Below are positions 50,553-59,715 of a stretch of 64,000 bases of DNA, piece by piece. The translations under genes and the position numbers were made by a program. The stretch's first letter is position 1, and each line of letters opens with the position of its first letter. The stretch spans positions 1 to 64,000 of the forward strand of contig JBBTET010000007.1 of assembly GCA_038042195.1 (NCBI GenBank). Direction: 5' to 3'. The DNA is from Planctomycetota bacterium (GTDB lineage Bacteria > Planctomycetota > Phycisphaerae > UBA1845 > UTPLA1). The notes under the pieces are model-generated. The model worked only from the letters and a program-made list of their open reading frames with translations, searched no databases and was not told where the DNA came from.

Positions 50553-50833
50553 GCTTCTTCCCTTTGATCGGGCATCCCGGTAGGTAGAGTACGCCCGTCC
50601 CCGTCCGTGGGTTCTATCTCTGCGTATCCGTACGGCAAACACTGTTGGCGAATCAGTTTATGATAACTTCGAGTCCGCCATTTGGCAAGGAAACGGGCCT
50701 TTGGCGACTTAGTGGAATCTCACTCGGACTATCGGTTTCGGGCCATGGCGGGCTTAGGATCGAGATGGATATCGGGGTACGGCGTTTCTCCGATAATCGT
50801 CGGGCGGATTGGGGTGGTGATTCTTCTAGTCGT

Positions 50834-51260
50834 CATTGGGGACTGTGGGAAGCGAATCCGCAGACTGCACGGATTGGGTTGGCGATGTTGAATCGTCGAA
50901 GATCGGCGCGGCAAAAAAAGAGGGGCCGCAAAAGAGTGCAAATGCCCGCAAATGCCCGCAAAATCGTTTGGGATTCGGGGAAGTGAAACCGCAGATTTCG
51001 CAGATTCGCGCAGATTGAGAAATAAACGTCGAAACGTCGAAAAGTCGAAATGCGGAGTGGGCCGAGCGGCGAAGGGACCGATGGAGGAAGGTGATCGCTG
51101 GGCGATGTTGTGTCATGGTTCGTTCCTCGTTGGCGCTTCGGGTAGGTGCATATCCGCGTCGAGATTTCTCCCACACGACTACTAATCTTGCTCAGCGCTT
51201 CAGCGTGGTTGTGAATTGTGATAGGTTGTTGTTAGGTCTGGAGTTGTAACCGCAGATTGC
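50834..51260. repeat. non-coding repeat element copy B (inverted relative to copy A) with three short tandem repeat arrays
   Basis: Reverse complement aligns collinearly to 32433..33082. STRs: GCAAATGCCC x2.5 (50938-50962), CGCAGATT x3 (50980-51005), GTCGAAA(N) x3 (51018-51042). Confidence 0.8.
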
Positions 51261-51355
51261 ACGGGTTTCGCGGATTTGACTGTGGGGCGATTCGTGATTG
51301 GTCGAATTCGGCGGCTTGAGTAGAACCCGCCCCATGCCCTGAGTTCAATACGAGG

Positions 51356-51565
51356 TTAATTCAGCACGAACTCTATCGGAGACGGTGATTTGACCGAGCT
51401 GACACGGAGGATGGAGAAGCCAATGACGTTTCCCTGATCGTCGAGTTTTTCCATGAGACGGTCGTCCGCCGTCTCGCGAAAGTAGCCGGACTTCGACGGG
51501 TCGAACAAGACCTCGAGAAAATCGCCTTCCTGGTCGAGCCAGATGGTTACGGATTTGGGGGCCAT
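51356..51565 (-). CDS. DUF2283-like small protein (antitoxin-like partner of two-gene module)
   Basis: TIWLDQEGDFLEVLF...DDQGNVIGFSILRVSS pattern (YDxExDxLYIxL...GxVxGIEIL family, from memory). Confidence 0.45.
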   Translation of the reverse strand: MAPKSVTIWLDQEGDFLEVLFDPSKSGYFRETADDRLMEKLDDQGNVIGFSILRVSSVKSPSPIEFVLN

Positions 51566-51861
51566 AGAATCACTCCCTGTTTGGGCTTATCGGTCAGATA
51601 GGCGGTGACCACAAATGCGTCGAGTGCGTTACTTTTGACCACCACACAGAGCCATTTGTCGCCGACCCGAGTGCCCAGGTAATAGCGGTAAAGGAGCTCA
51701 GCCTGCGGGTCGCTGATAGATTCTATCACGGTTTGGGGCTTTGACAACGTTTCGGCGATTGCGGAATCGAGTCCGATCATCTCGGGATGCTCATGGATAT
51801 GGCGCAATCGTTCGTCCGTGAGGCGGACCTGACGGCCTTGATAGTCGGTCAGGATTTGCAC
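51547..51861 (-). CDS. small toxin-like protein (DUF4258/RelE-superfamily-like), partner of DUF2283-like gene
   Basis: About 104 aa. 19-nt overlap with the downstream partner. Located next to the RM enzyme. Confidence 0.35.
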   Translation of the reverse strand: MQILTDYQGRQVRLTDERLRHIHEHPEMIGLDSAIAETLSKPQTVIESISDPQAELLYRYYLGTRVGDKWLCVVVKSNALDAFVVTAYLTDKPKQGVILWPPNP

Positions 51862-51938
51862 GAGTCGATCCTCCAGATCATTGCGTGGCCTCCTCGACGA
51901 TTCGGATTCTATCGAAACTTGCGAGCATCAAGGATTGC

Positions 51939-54900
51939 TTAGGTGGAGCCATTTTTGTATTCACGGTGTGATGCAGTCTTCGGTGATAAGGAGGGCGGGC
52001 CGCCGTAGGACTTTGGCAAGCTGTTGACGATCTTGACGGTTTCGACGCTGACTCGGATGACTTGGCCTACGAGGCGGACGATGTATTCGGGGTCGTCTTC
52101 GCGGTTGGGGTCGCTGGTGATGCCGCTCTTTTTGTCGGTGTAGATTTGGTATTGGTCGATGACCCAGTCGAGGGCGGAGCGGTTGCCGAGGCGGTAGTCG
52201 AAGACTTCCTTGGGGATGCCATCAAGGACGAGGGAGTCGTTGACGATCAGGGATTTCTTATCCTTGGCGAGTTTCATTTTTTCGACGCGGTAGGCGAGGG
52301 GGACGCCGGGGGTTTCGATCCATTTGAGGGGCCATTCCTTCACGGATTCATAGTCGACGTGGAGTTTGGCGAGGGTTTTACCGGCGTCACGAAAGGCGTG
52401 GAAATCGTCCCGCGAAGAGGCAAGCGGGATTCGGGGGAGTTCGCGCTTGAGGCAGTCGGCGAACTTTTCGCGGTAGCCCTTGTGGTGGAGGAGGCCGTAG
52501 ACGTAGTGGAAGATATCCCACTTGGCGATCTTCTTGTCGTTGTAGTGGTCGCAGAAGAGTTGTAGCGCCCAGTCGGTGATGTTTTCGCGGCGGTTGGAGC
52601 CGTCTTCATTGTAAATGTAAAATGGAAAGCATTGGTGACCGTCAAGTGTGGCACACAGATGTAGGTCGGCGATGCCCTTGACTACAAGAGAACTGAATGA
52701 TTCGGATCGATGTGCTATGTCACTTATACAAATCGTTCGGTTTCCGTCTGCCGATTTCTTCGGCGGCTCGATCGCTGGAAAACCATAGACCTCCGCGTTT
52801 AATAGGCGGTCGAAATAGACCCATGTCGTCGTAAAGGGTCTATATGTTGCGGATCTAACAGCGTCCATCGAAAACGCTGCGTAGCGACCCCTCTTAAGAT
52901 CATTTTTTAGGTCGCGGTCCCAAGTGATCAAGTCATACTTGACAAAGTCATCCAGGTTCTCAGTTTGTGGACTCCGTTTCCAACGATCTACTTCAGCGTT
53001 GTAAGCTTCGATAAACCACTTAATTCTTTCGATTAGCGTACTTTGTGAGAAGTCGTAAACGACTGAATCGCGATGCGTTGCGATACCAAGAGAGTAATCT
53101 TTGAATACTGTCTTTGTATTATGAAACGAATCGGCTCGCTCGCTTTTTCCCGCCACTGATACAAGTAAGTCAAACTGCTTGGCGTGAGCCGGGACCATCC
53201 AAGAGTTCCGATTATCGGGTCGAAGCGTTTGCCATTTTACGTTTGTGATGGACGAGTGAGATGCAAGCCAAGATAGTTTTCGGTGTCTGGTTAGCAATTT
53301 GTCCGTTGCCGCGTATCGAAGATCGCATTGTTTTAGTGAAGAGCGTCGAACAGCAATTGTGATTCCAACTCCGACTTGTATTCCAAACACATTAAATTGT
53401 GTACCAGAGAGCGTCGGATTAAGTCGGACATCGCCTTCAAGGTCTATGTGAAAGATTTGTTGAAAGTCACGGGCAAAGTGCATCCGCATCCCGTCGAAAG
53501 CCGTGTTCTCGACAAAAGAGTTGTTTGACACAAAACAGATGATCCCGTCTCGATTTTTTAACCGATCACGAGCCCATCGAAAAAACTTTACATACGGGTC
53601 GTTGAGCTTGCTAACGCTTGTCGCCGCTGAGTCCTTTCCATAGGTAGCGCGTATTCGCTCGTCAATTGTCACGTATTTCCGATTCTTGTTTCGATCATTC
53701 TCGGCGAGTTGACCGACGTTGTACGGCGGGTTGCCGAGGATCACTGTGATAGGGGCTTTTTTCTGTCGTTCCACACGCTGGGTATTAGCTTCAGTCATAA
53801 AACCGAAGTGGCGCTGCTCTGATTCGGCAAGGTCGAGCGAATCCACGAAGCAAAGGCCCTCGAATGGCTCGTACGATCCGGTCTTGTCGAAATAGGCGTG
53901 CTCGATATTCAGGGCTGCGATGTAGTAGGGCAAGAGCATGACTTCGTTGGCAAAGAGCTGCTCCTTGTACACGCGGGACAGGGCGCGTTTGGGGATGCGA
54001 TTGATTAGGTTGACGATGAAGTTGCCTGTTCCCGTGCAGGGATCGAGGATTTGGACGTCCTTGTCGCCGAGCGTCTTGCCGAACTCTTTTTGCAGGACTT
54101 CCTCGACGCTGGCGCACATGAAGTCGACGATTTCCTGCGGGGTATAGACGATGCCGTGGGTGTCGGCCACTTTGACTGAATAGCCCTGAAAGAATCGTTC
54201 GTAGATCACGTTCAGGAAGTGCTGCTTTTCAGAGAAGCCGGTGATGGTTTTGGCGGCGGCCTCGATGGCGAGGTAGAAGCGGTCGAGCTGCTTCAGGTAG
54301 TCGTGACGGTTGAAGGACTTGCTGACGAGGGCGTCGATCACCTTCTCGACTTCGGCCGCGATAACGTTGCGGCGGGTGAAGTCCTGATTGTCGAAGATGG
54401 TGCGGATCAGCCGCTCGGTGAGGAGGTGCTGGACGAGCATTTCGTCGACGGCCTCGCGGCGGAGGTTGGGGTTGAGCGAGCTTTTGCACAACTCGAAGAA
54501 GCCCTCGAAGGCGGCTTTGAAGGGGGCGTTGGATTTGTGCGATTCGGCGATGAGATCGACCAGTCCCTTGGCGAGGTCGGGGACGCGCTGCTTGAACTCT
54601 CCGACGGCCTTTTCGAAGTTGTCGTGGGCCGGTTCGGTGTGTGAGAAGAAGGCGTTTAGGAGGTCGCAGAGGGGCTGGGGTTTGGTGAGGTCGTAGGTGC
54701 CTTCGTGTTTGCCGTTCTGATACAGCCGGGCCTCGCGGGTGTCCTCGAAGATGATGTTGGTGAGGGGGTAGCCTTTGGCAATTTTCTTTTTGATTTCGGC
54801 GGAGAGGTCGTCGGCGGTGTCTTTGGCTTCCCAGTGGCCGCGATCGATGTAGAAGTCGTCGCGGAAGGTTCCGTCGGGTCGGGTGCGGGTGGCGGAGAGG

Positions 54901-55133
54901 GGAAGGGATTCCACCGGGGCGTGCGTGCGAGAAGGGATTCTCGAACGAGGCGTGTCGGTGAGTTCGGGGATAAGGGTCCAGCCGGTTTTGCGGCCGCAGT
55001 GGTCGAGGAGGTTTTGGAATGCGGAGCGGAGGGCGGTTTCGTGTTTGACCTTTTGCCGGGCATACGCGGCGAGGGCGGCGTAGTAATCCTTGATGGGTTT
55101 GGCGGCGGGTTTGATCTCCAACTTTCCGGCCAT
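51939..55133 (-). CDS. MmeI-family Type IIL/IIG single-chain restriction-modification enzyme (N-terminal PD-ExK-like nuclease + N6-adenine methyltransferase + target recognition domain)
   Basis: N-terminus RSAFQNLLDHCGRKTGWTLIPE...DDFYIDRGHWEAKD (MmeI-type D...ExK). Methyltransferase motif I ILDPCTGTGNFIV and motif IV GNPPYNVG. No Walker A/helicase, so not Type ISP. Start set at ATG 55133 (MAGKLEI); track ORF extends to 55196. Confidence 0.7.
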   Translation of the reverse strand: MAGKLEIKPAAKPIKDYYAALAAYARQKVKHETALRSAFQNLLDHCGRKTGWTLIPELTDTPRSRIPSRTHAPVESLPLSATRTRPDGTFRDDFYIDRGHWEAKDTADDLSAEIKKKIAKGYPLTNIIFEDTREARLYQNGKHEGTYDLTKPQPLCDLLNAFFSHTEPAHDNFEKAVGEFKQRVPDLAKGLVDLIAESHKSNAPFKAAFEGFFELCKSSLNPNLRREAVDEMLVQHLLTERLIRTIFDNQDFTRRNVIAAEVEKVIDALVSKSFNRHDYLKQLDRFYLAIEAAAKTITGFSEKQHFLNVIYERFFQGYSVKVADTHGIVYTPQEIVDFMCASVEEVLQKEFGKTLGDKDVQILDPCTGTGNFIVNLINRIPKRALSRVYKEQLFANEVMLLPYYIAALNIEHAYFDKTGSYEPFEGLCFVDSLDLAESEQRHFGFMTEANTQRVERQKKAPITVILGNPPYNVGQLAENDRNKNRKYVTIDERIRATYGKDSAATSVSKLNDPYVKFFRWARDRLKNRDGIICFVSNNSFVENTAFDGMRMHFARDFQQIFHIDLEGDVRLNPTLSGTQFNVFGIQVGVGITIAVRRSSLKQCDLRYAATDKLLTRHRKLSWLASHSSITNVKWQTLRPDNRNSWMVPAHAKQFDLLVSVAGKSERADSFHNTKTVFKDYSLGIATHRDSVVYDFSQSTLIERIKWFIEAYNAEVDRWKRSPQTENLDDFVKYDLITWDRDLKNDLKRGRYAAFSMDAVRSATYRPFTTTWVYFDRLLNAEVYGFPAIEPPKKSADGNRTICISDIAHRSESFSSLVVKGIADLHLCATLDGHQCFPFYIYNEDGSNRRENITDWALQLFCDHYNDKKIAKWDIFHYVYGLLHHKGYREKFADCLKRELPRIPLASSRDDFHAFRDAGKTLAKLHVDYESVKEWPLKWIETPGVPLAYRVEKMKLAKDKKSLIVNDSLVLDGIPKEVFDYRLGNRSALDWVIDQYQIYTDKKSGITSDPNREDDPEYIVRLVGQVIRVSVETVKIVNSLPKSYGGPPSLSPKTASHREYKNGST

Positions 55134-55291
55134 ATGGGTTGGAAGGCTAAAGAGTGTGGGGAGGGTGGTCAAATGGAGAGCGCGCTTGCATGGCATGCAA
55201 GAGGTCGGGGGATGTCGAGAGAGGTGGTGAGGTTCTTTGTGTCACCCGCCAAACGGCAAGCCGTGGGCAGGGGGCGTTTCATTTAGGGTGC

Positions 55292-55340
55292 GTCCTGAAA
55301 CCCCACCGGTTGGAAACCGGTGCCACAGGGGTTTCAGGAC
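55292..55340. other. nested perfect palindrome (cruciform-capable; probable terminator/insulator between B12-rSAM and RM genes)
   Basis: Outer 13-bp arms GTCCTGAAACCCC / GGGGTTTCAGGAC enclose inner hairpin ACCGGTT-GGA-AACCGGT. Confidence 0.6.
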
Positions 55341-55350
55341 GCGCTCTTAA

Positions 55351-56823
55351 TCAAATCGTGCCGGCCACCTGGCGGAAGTGGTAGCCGGTGATGGCCATGG
55401 CCATGGCTTCGCTGAAGGCGCGGGGGTGGGAGACGAGGGCGCGGGTGGTGAACTTCCAGAACTCCATGCGGCCGCGGGTGCGGATGCCGAGGGTCCAGAG
55501 GGATTGGAAGAAGGCGCGCAGGTCGGATTGGGTGAGGCGAACCTTCGGCCCGGATGGGCGGTAGTCGCGCAGGAAGGTCAGCACGCGCTGGTAATACTCG
55601 CGCGGCGTGTAGATGCGCTTGACCAGATCGCGATAGCCTTCGATGAGCGTTTCACGGTCGAGCTTGGGGATGAAGTTCAGCACGGCGTCGAGGTTGTTAC
55701 CGGTGCTGTGGGCGAGGAGGCGGCCTTCTTCGCGCAGGCGGTGGAAGAGGCGCGTTTCGGGGAGGGCGGTGAGCAGGCCGACCATGGCGGTGACGATGCC
55801 GGTCTCTTCGATGAAGCGGCGCTGGCGCTCGAAGATGCTGGGGCCGTCGCTGTCGAAGCCGACGATGAAGCCGCCCATGACTTCGATGCCGGCCTTGTGA
55901 ATCAGGCGCACCGACGCGGCCATGTCGCGCGAGGAGTTCTGCACCTTGGCGCATTCAGTGAGGCTCTCGTGCGAGGGGCTTTCTATACCGACGAAGACCT
56001 TCTTGAAGCCGGCCTGCACCATGAGGTCGAGCAGCTCGGCATCGTCGGCGAGATTCAGCGAGGCCTCGGTGGTGAATGGCAGCGACACCTTGCGATTGCG
56101 CCGCCAGGAGACCAGCTCGCGCAGGAAGGCCTTCACCTTTACCTTGTTGCCGATGAAATTGTCATCCACGATGAAGACCGACTCATCCCATCCGGTGGCG
56201 AGGAGGGCTTCGAGTTCGCCGATCATTTGCTGCGGCGTCTTCACACGGGGGATGCGGCCGTTCATGACGATGATGTCGCAGAATTCGCAGTTGAAGGGGC
56301 AGCCTCGGGAGAATTGCAGCGGCATGGTGACATATTGGCTTTTTTGCAGGAGATCCCAGCGGGGGATCGGCGTATTGGTGACGTCGGGGCGGACGGCACT
56401 ACGGTAGTGCGGCTTCACGTCGCCACGGACCATGTCGGCGGCGACGCCGGCCATGAGGTCTTCGGCTTCGCCGAGGACGAAGTGCTTGATCTCGGGGAAT
56501 CGTTCGTGGCCGGTGGTGAAGAGGGGGCCGCCGGCGATGACGGGTTTATTTCGGGCGATGCATCGGGCGACGATCTGTTTCGCCGAGTCGGCGTGGATGA
56601 TCATTGCGGAGATGAAGACGTAATCGGCCCAGTCGAGGTCGGCGTCGCGCAGGGAGCGGACGTTGAGGTCGACGAGTCGCTGGTTCCAGCTTTTCGGGAG
56701 CATGGCGGCGACGGTGAGGAGGCCGAGCGGTGGGTAGGCGGATTTCTTGGCGACGAAAGGGAGTACGTGGCTGAAGCTCCAGAAGGTGGGCGGGTCGGAA
56801 GGCCAGACGAGCAGGATGTTCAT
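55351..56823 (-). CDS. B12-binding domain radical SAM protein (class B, DUF4070-type C-terminus)
   Basis: N-terminal cobalamin-binding Rossmann-like region. CPFNCEFCD radical SAM cluster motif. Confidence 0.7.
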   Translation of the reverse strand: MNILLVWPSDPPTFWSFSHVLPFVAKKSAYPPLGLLTVAAMLPKSWNQRLVDLNVRSLRDADLDWADYVFISAMIIHADSAKQIVARCIARNKPVIAGGPLFTTGHERFPEIKHFVLGEAEDLMAGVAADMVRGDVKPHYRSAVRPDVTNTPIPRWDLLQKSQYVTMPLQFSRGCPFNCEFCDIIVMNGRIPRVKTPQQMIGELEALLATGWDESVFIVDDNFIGNKVKVKAFLRELVSWRRNRKVSLPFTTEASLNLADDAELLDLMVQAGFKKVFVGIESPSHESLTECAKVQNSSRDMAASVRLIHKAGIEVMGGFIVGFDSDGPSIFERQRRFIEETGIVTAMVGLLTALPETRLFHRLREEGRLLAHSTGNNLDAVLNFIPKLDRETLIEGYRDLVKRIYTPREYYQRVLTFLRDYRPSGPKVRLTQSDLRAFFQSLWTLGIRTRGRMEFWKFTTRALVSHPRAFSEAMAMAITGYHFRQVAGTI

Positions 56824-56953
56824 GCGGACGATCTCCAGAGTGCAGCCATATTAGGACTGTGTAGTCTTTAGATTGTAGCAGTGGGTGGCGGGGATGCAAG
56901 CCATGGTGGCGTAACTGCACGTACCGAGCGGTTTTGGAGTGGTGCGTGTCGTT

Positions 56954-57907
56954 TCAATTCACGTTTGGGGCTGCGTCGGCAGACGGTGATTCCGACTTGC
57001 GATGACTCCGATAGGACTCGCCGACCGGTTCGACGTGTATCAGGACGTCCATGACGCTGGGGTTCGCGCGACGTATGGCGTCCTTTACATCGTGAGCGAT
57101 ATCGTGGGCGGCACGGACCGTCAATTCGGGGTCCACTTCGAGATGCAAGTCAATCAAGAAAGTCATACCGCTCTTTCGACAGAAGACTTTCTCCACGCCG
57201 CGCACCCCAGGGACACTGCGGGCGGCTGTTTGCACATCTTTATCTAGAATTGTCTGTCGTACGTCCATCAGCTCGGCGAGCGGAGCGCGAATCAGCAAGA
57301 TGGCATTCACCATGATCACTCCAGAAGCAAAGAGTGCGGCCCAGTCGTCGGCCGGTTCGTATCCTTTGCCGCCAATCAAAGCGATGGTGATTCCGATTGC
57401 CGCGGCAGTGGAGGTCAGGGCATCGCTTCGATGATGCCACGCATCGAGAAGGACCGCACCGCTCTTGATGTCTTTGGCAACGTGATGCACTTTTCGAAAA
57501 AGCGTCTCCTTGACAACGATCACCCCGATGAGCACCCAAAGCGTGAATGCCGCCGGCAAGTGGTGCGGTTTAAGAATCTCACGAATGGCCTGTATGGCGA
57601 TTCCGATGCTCGCAGTGATGAGCATCAACGCCACGACGACGCCGGCCAGCGATTCTGCTTTTCCACGGCCGTAGGGGTGACGTTCATCGGCCGGCGCGGC
57701 GGCGATACGGAGGCCACTCCAGACGATCATGGAGGAGAGGATGTCCGCCGTGGATTCCACGGCATCGGCGATCAGTGCGTAGGAATTCCCAAGTACGCCA
57801 GCCAGAAGTTTGATCATGGCGAGAGCAACATTGGTCACGACGCCGAGCAGACTGATGTGCTGCCCCCGACGATGTGCATCTTGTGAAAGCGATTCAAAAG
57901 AGTTCAT
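56954..57907 (-). CDS. cation diffusion facilitator (CDF) family divalent metal efflux transporter
   Basis: Six TM helices with HxxxD metal sites (IADAVESTADI, LDAWHHRSDALTS) and a cytoplasmic C-terminal domain. Start moved to ATG 57907. The track ORF 56954..58354 has an implausible Pro/Arg-rich 150-aa extension. Confidence 0.75.
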   Translation of the reverse strand: MNSFESLSQDAHRRGQHISLLGVVTNVALAMIKLLAGVLGNSYALIADAVESTADILSSMIVWSGLRIAAAPADERHPYGRGKAESLAGVVVALMLITASIGIAIQAIREILKPHHLPAAFTLWVLIGVIVVKETLFRKVHHVAKDIKSGAVLLDAWHHRSDALTSTAAAIGITIALIGGKGYEPADDWAALFASGVIMVNAILLIRAPLAELMDVRQTILDKDVQTAARSVPGVRGVEKVFCRKSGMTFLIDLHLEVDPELTVRAAHDIAHDVKDAIRRANPSVMDVLIHVEPVGESYRSHRKSESPSADAAPNVN

Positions 57908-57942
57908 ATGATGGACTGTAAGCAGAAGGCGGCTGTGCCGCA

Positions 57943-59715
57943 TTACGGTGGGCCGTAGGTGAAATTCGTGTGGTTGACGCCGTGGCAGGTCAGGGTGCAA
58001 CTGCCGGTGAAGAGGCCCGTGTCCACATAGAAGCGTTGGCCGCCGACGATGGAGAGGTCGAAGTTGACGAGGTGGTCGTGATTGGCGCGGCTGCCGCTCA
58101 CGCCATGGGCGGCGTGGCAGGCGGAGCAGGGGGTGCGGGCCTGGACGACGTGGCGATTGTGGAAGTTGAAGCTTTGGTCGCCGAGGATGGAGTTGCGATC
58201 GTGGCATTTGTAGCAGAGGGCGTAGGACTGCGGGGACTCGACGGTGAAGTCGGCGGTGTCGTAGCGGTTGGCGAGGAGGAAGTCGAAGCGTGAGCCGTGG
58301 GGGCCGTTCGCGGAGCCGCCGCCGAGTTGGCGGGCGTCGGGATTGTTGTGGCAATCCTGGCAGCCGATGATCGGGCGCGTTCGGACTTCGGGGAGGAGGC
58401 TGGGCGTTTCGTTACTTAGGAATGTTGGGAAGGTGATCGGATGTGCTGACGCGGCCGTGGGGAGAAGTTGGCGACGGATGTTGCCGAAGCCCTCGATCTG
58501 GCGGCTGATGCGCGGGCGGATGAGCACGGGGTTGTCGGCGTGGCAGCGGAAGCAGACTTCGTAATAGAAGCGGGCCTCGTCGACTGGTGCGCCGACGAGA
58601 TTCACGCCGCGTGCGTTGCTCATTGCGCCGGGGAGGATCGGCCCGCGACGGTCGGCGAGCAGGAGCGCGTTCGAGAGCGGGCTGGGGCGGACGGAGTGTG
58701 GGTTGTGGCAATCGACGCACTCGACGTGCGGCGGCATGAGCAGCGGGTTTTCCTTCGGGTCGTGTAGGTCGGCGAGCCTGTTGAAGGTGTGACCGCTGCG
58801 GCTGTTGAGTGTGTCCTGAATATTTATTCCGCCGATTCCGTCGTGGCAGGTGATGCAGAGATCGGAGGGGCGGTCGCGGAGGAGTCGCTCGCGATGGGGG
58901 GCGTTGTGGACGACGTGACAGGAGGAGCAGGCGTTTTCCGCCATCGAGCGAAAGGGAAGTTTTATTCCGTTGGTCGATGTGACCTGCACGGAGCGCGGGC
59001 TCTGGGCGTGGGAACTGACTTCCCAGCCTTCCATTTTGTGGCAGGTGTTGCAGAGGGCGGATTGTCGGTCGGTGATGCGCAGGAAGTTGCCCACTTCATT
59101 GTTGTGTGGATCGTGGCAGGCGGTGCATTCGAGTTGGCCTCGCGGGCCGAGCTTGATGCGGCTGTCGACGAGGTCGGGCGAACGGATTTGGCTGTCACGG
59201 TTGGAGAGCTGTCGGTCGTAGCGGAAGCCGATGGGGTGATCGTCGGAGAGGTCGTTGGTGAGATTCGACGGGCCGGTCGGCATGAAGGGCTGGTTCATGG
59301 GGATGGGGTCGGTGGGCGGGCGATTGAGCACGAGGCCGAGGGCGATGCTGCCGTCGTGGCAGGAGAGACACATCTTGCTGGGGCCGCCGGGCTGATCGAT
59401 TCGGGCATCGGTGGTGCTTGAATTGTAGATGCGGTAGTAAGTCGTGGGGTTGTAGCGATTCCAGAGGGGGGCCTGTGGGCTGGCGTTGTGCGGGGCGTGG
59501 CAGAAGATGCAGACTTCGCCTTCGTTGAGGGCTTTCACCGTGCCGGGGCCGAAGGTGGAGAGGTCGTGTTTGGAATTGACGACGGACTCGTCGGCGCGGA
59601 GGGGGGCGATGATGACAAGAGCGAATGCGCAGATGACGCGACCCCACCCTAGCCCTCTCCTTATTATGGGGAGGGGACCAGAAGCGACAGACGTGGCGAA
59701 AGTGCGTGTCGTCAC
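57943..59715 (-). CDS. secreted multiheme c-type cytochrome (11 CxxCH plus one CxxxCH)
   Basis: Signal peptide. CxxCH motifs counted by eye: CIFCH, CLSCH, CTACH, CNTCH, CSSCH, CITCH, CVDCH, CFRCH, CQDCH, CYKCH, CSACH, plus CTLTCH. Confidence 0.8.
   Translation of the reverse strand: MTTRTFATSVASGPLPIIRRGLGWGRVICAFALVIIAPLRADESVVNSKHDLSTFGPGTVKALNEGEVCIFCHAPHNASPQAPLWNRYNPTTYYRIYNSSTTDARIDQPGGPSKMCLSCHDGSIALGLVLNRPPTDPIPMNQPFMPTGPSNLTNDLSDDHPIGFRYDRQLSNRDSQIRSPDLVDSRIKLGPRGQLECTACHDPHNNEVGNFLRITDRQSALCNTCHKMEGWEVSSHAQSPRSVQVTSTNGIKLPFRSMAENACSSCHVVHNAPHRERLLRDRPSDLCITCHDGIGGINIQDTLNSRSGHTFNRLADLHDPKENPLLMPPHVECVDCHNPHSVRPSPLSNALLLADRRGPILPGAMSNARGVNLVGAPVDEARFYYEVCFRCHADNPVLIRPRISRQIEGFGNIRRQLLPTAASAHPITFPTFLSNETPSLLPEVRTRPIIGCQDCHNNPDARQLGGGSANGPHGSRFDFLLANRYDTADFTVESPQSYALCYKCHDRNSILGDQSFNFHNRHVVQARTPCSACHAAHGVSGSRANHDHLVNFDLSIVGGQRFYVDTGLFTGSCTLTCHGVNHTNFTYGPP

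Noticed and set aside
50826-51176. 116-aa minus-strand ORF spanning the STR arrays of repeat B
   Set aside because: The reading frame runs through three tandem-repeat arrays and is low complexity. Not conserved in copy A.
57908-58354. N-terminal 150-aa Pro/Arg-rich extension of the CDF ORF
   Set aside because: Compositionally non-protein-like. The CDF fold begins at MNSFESL (ATG 57907). The extension overlaps the multiheme cytochrome gene region.
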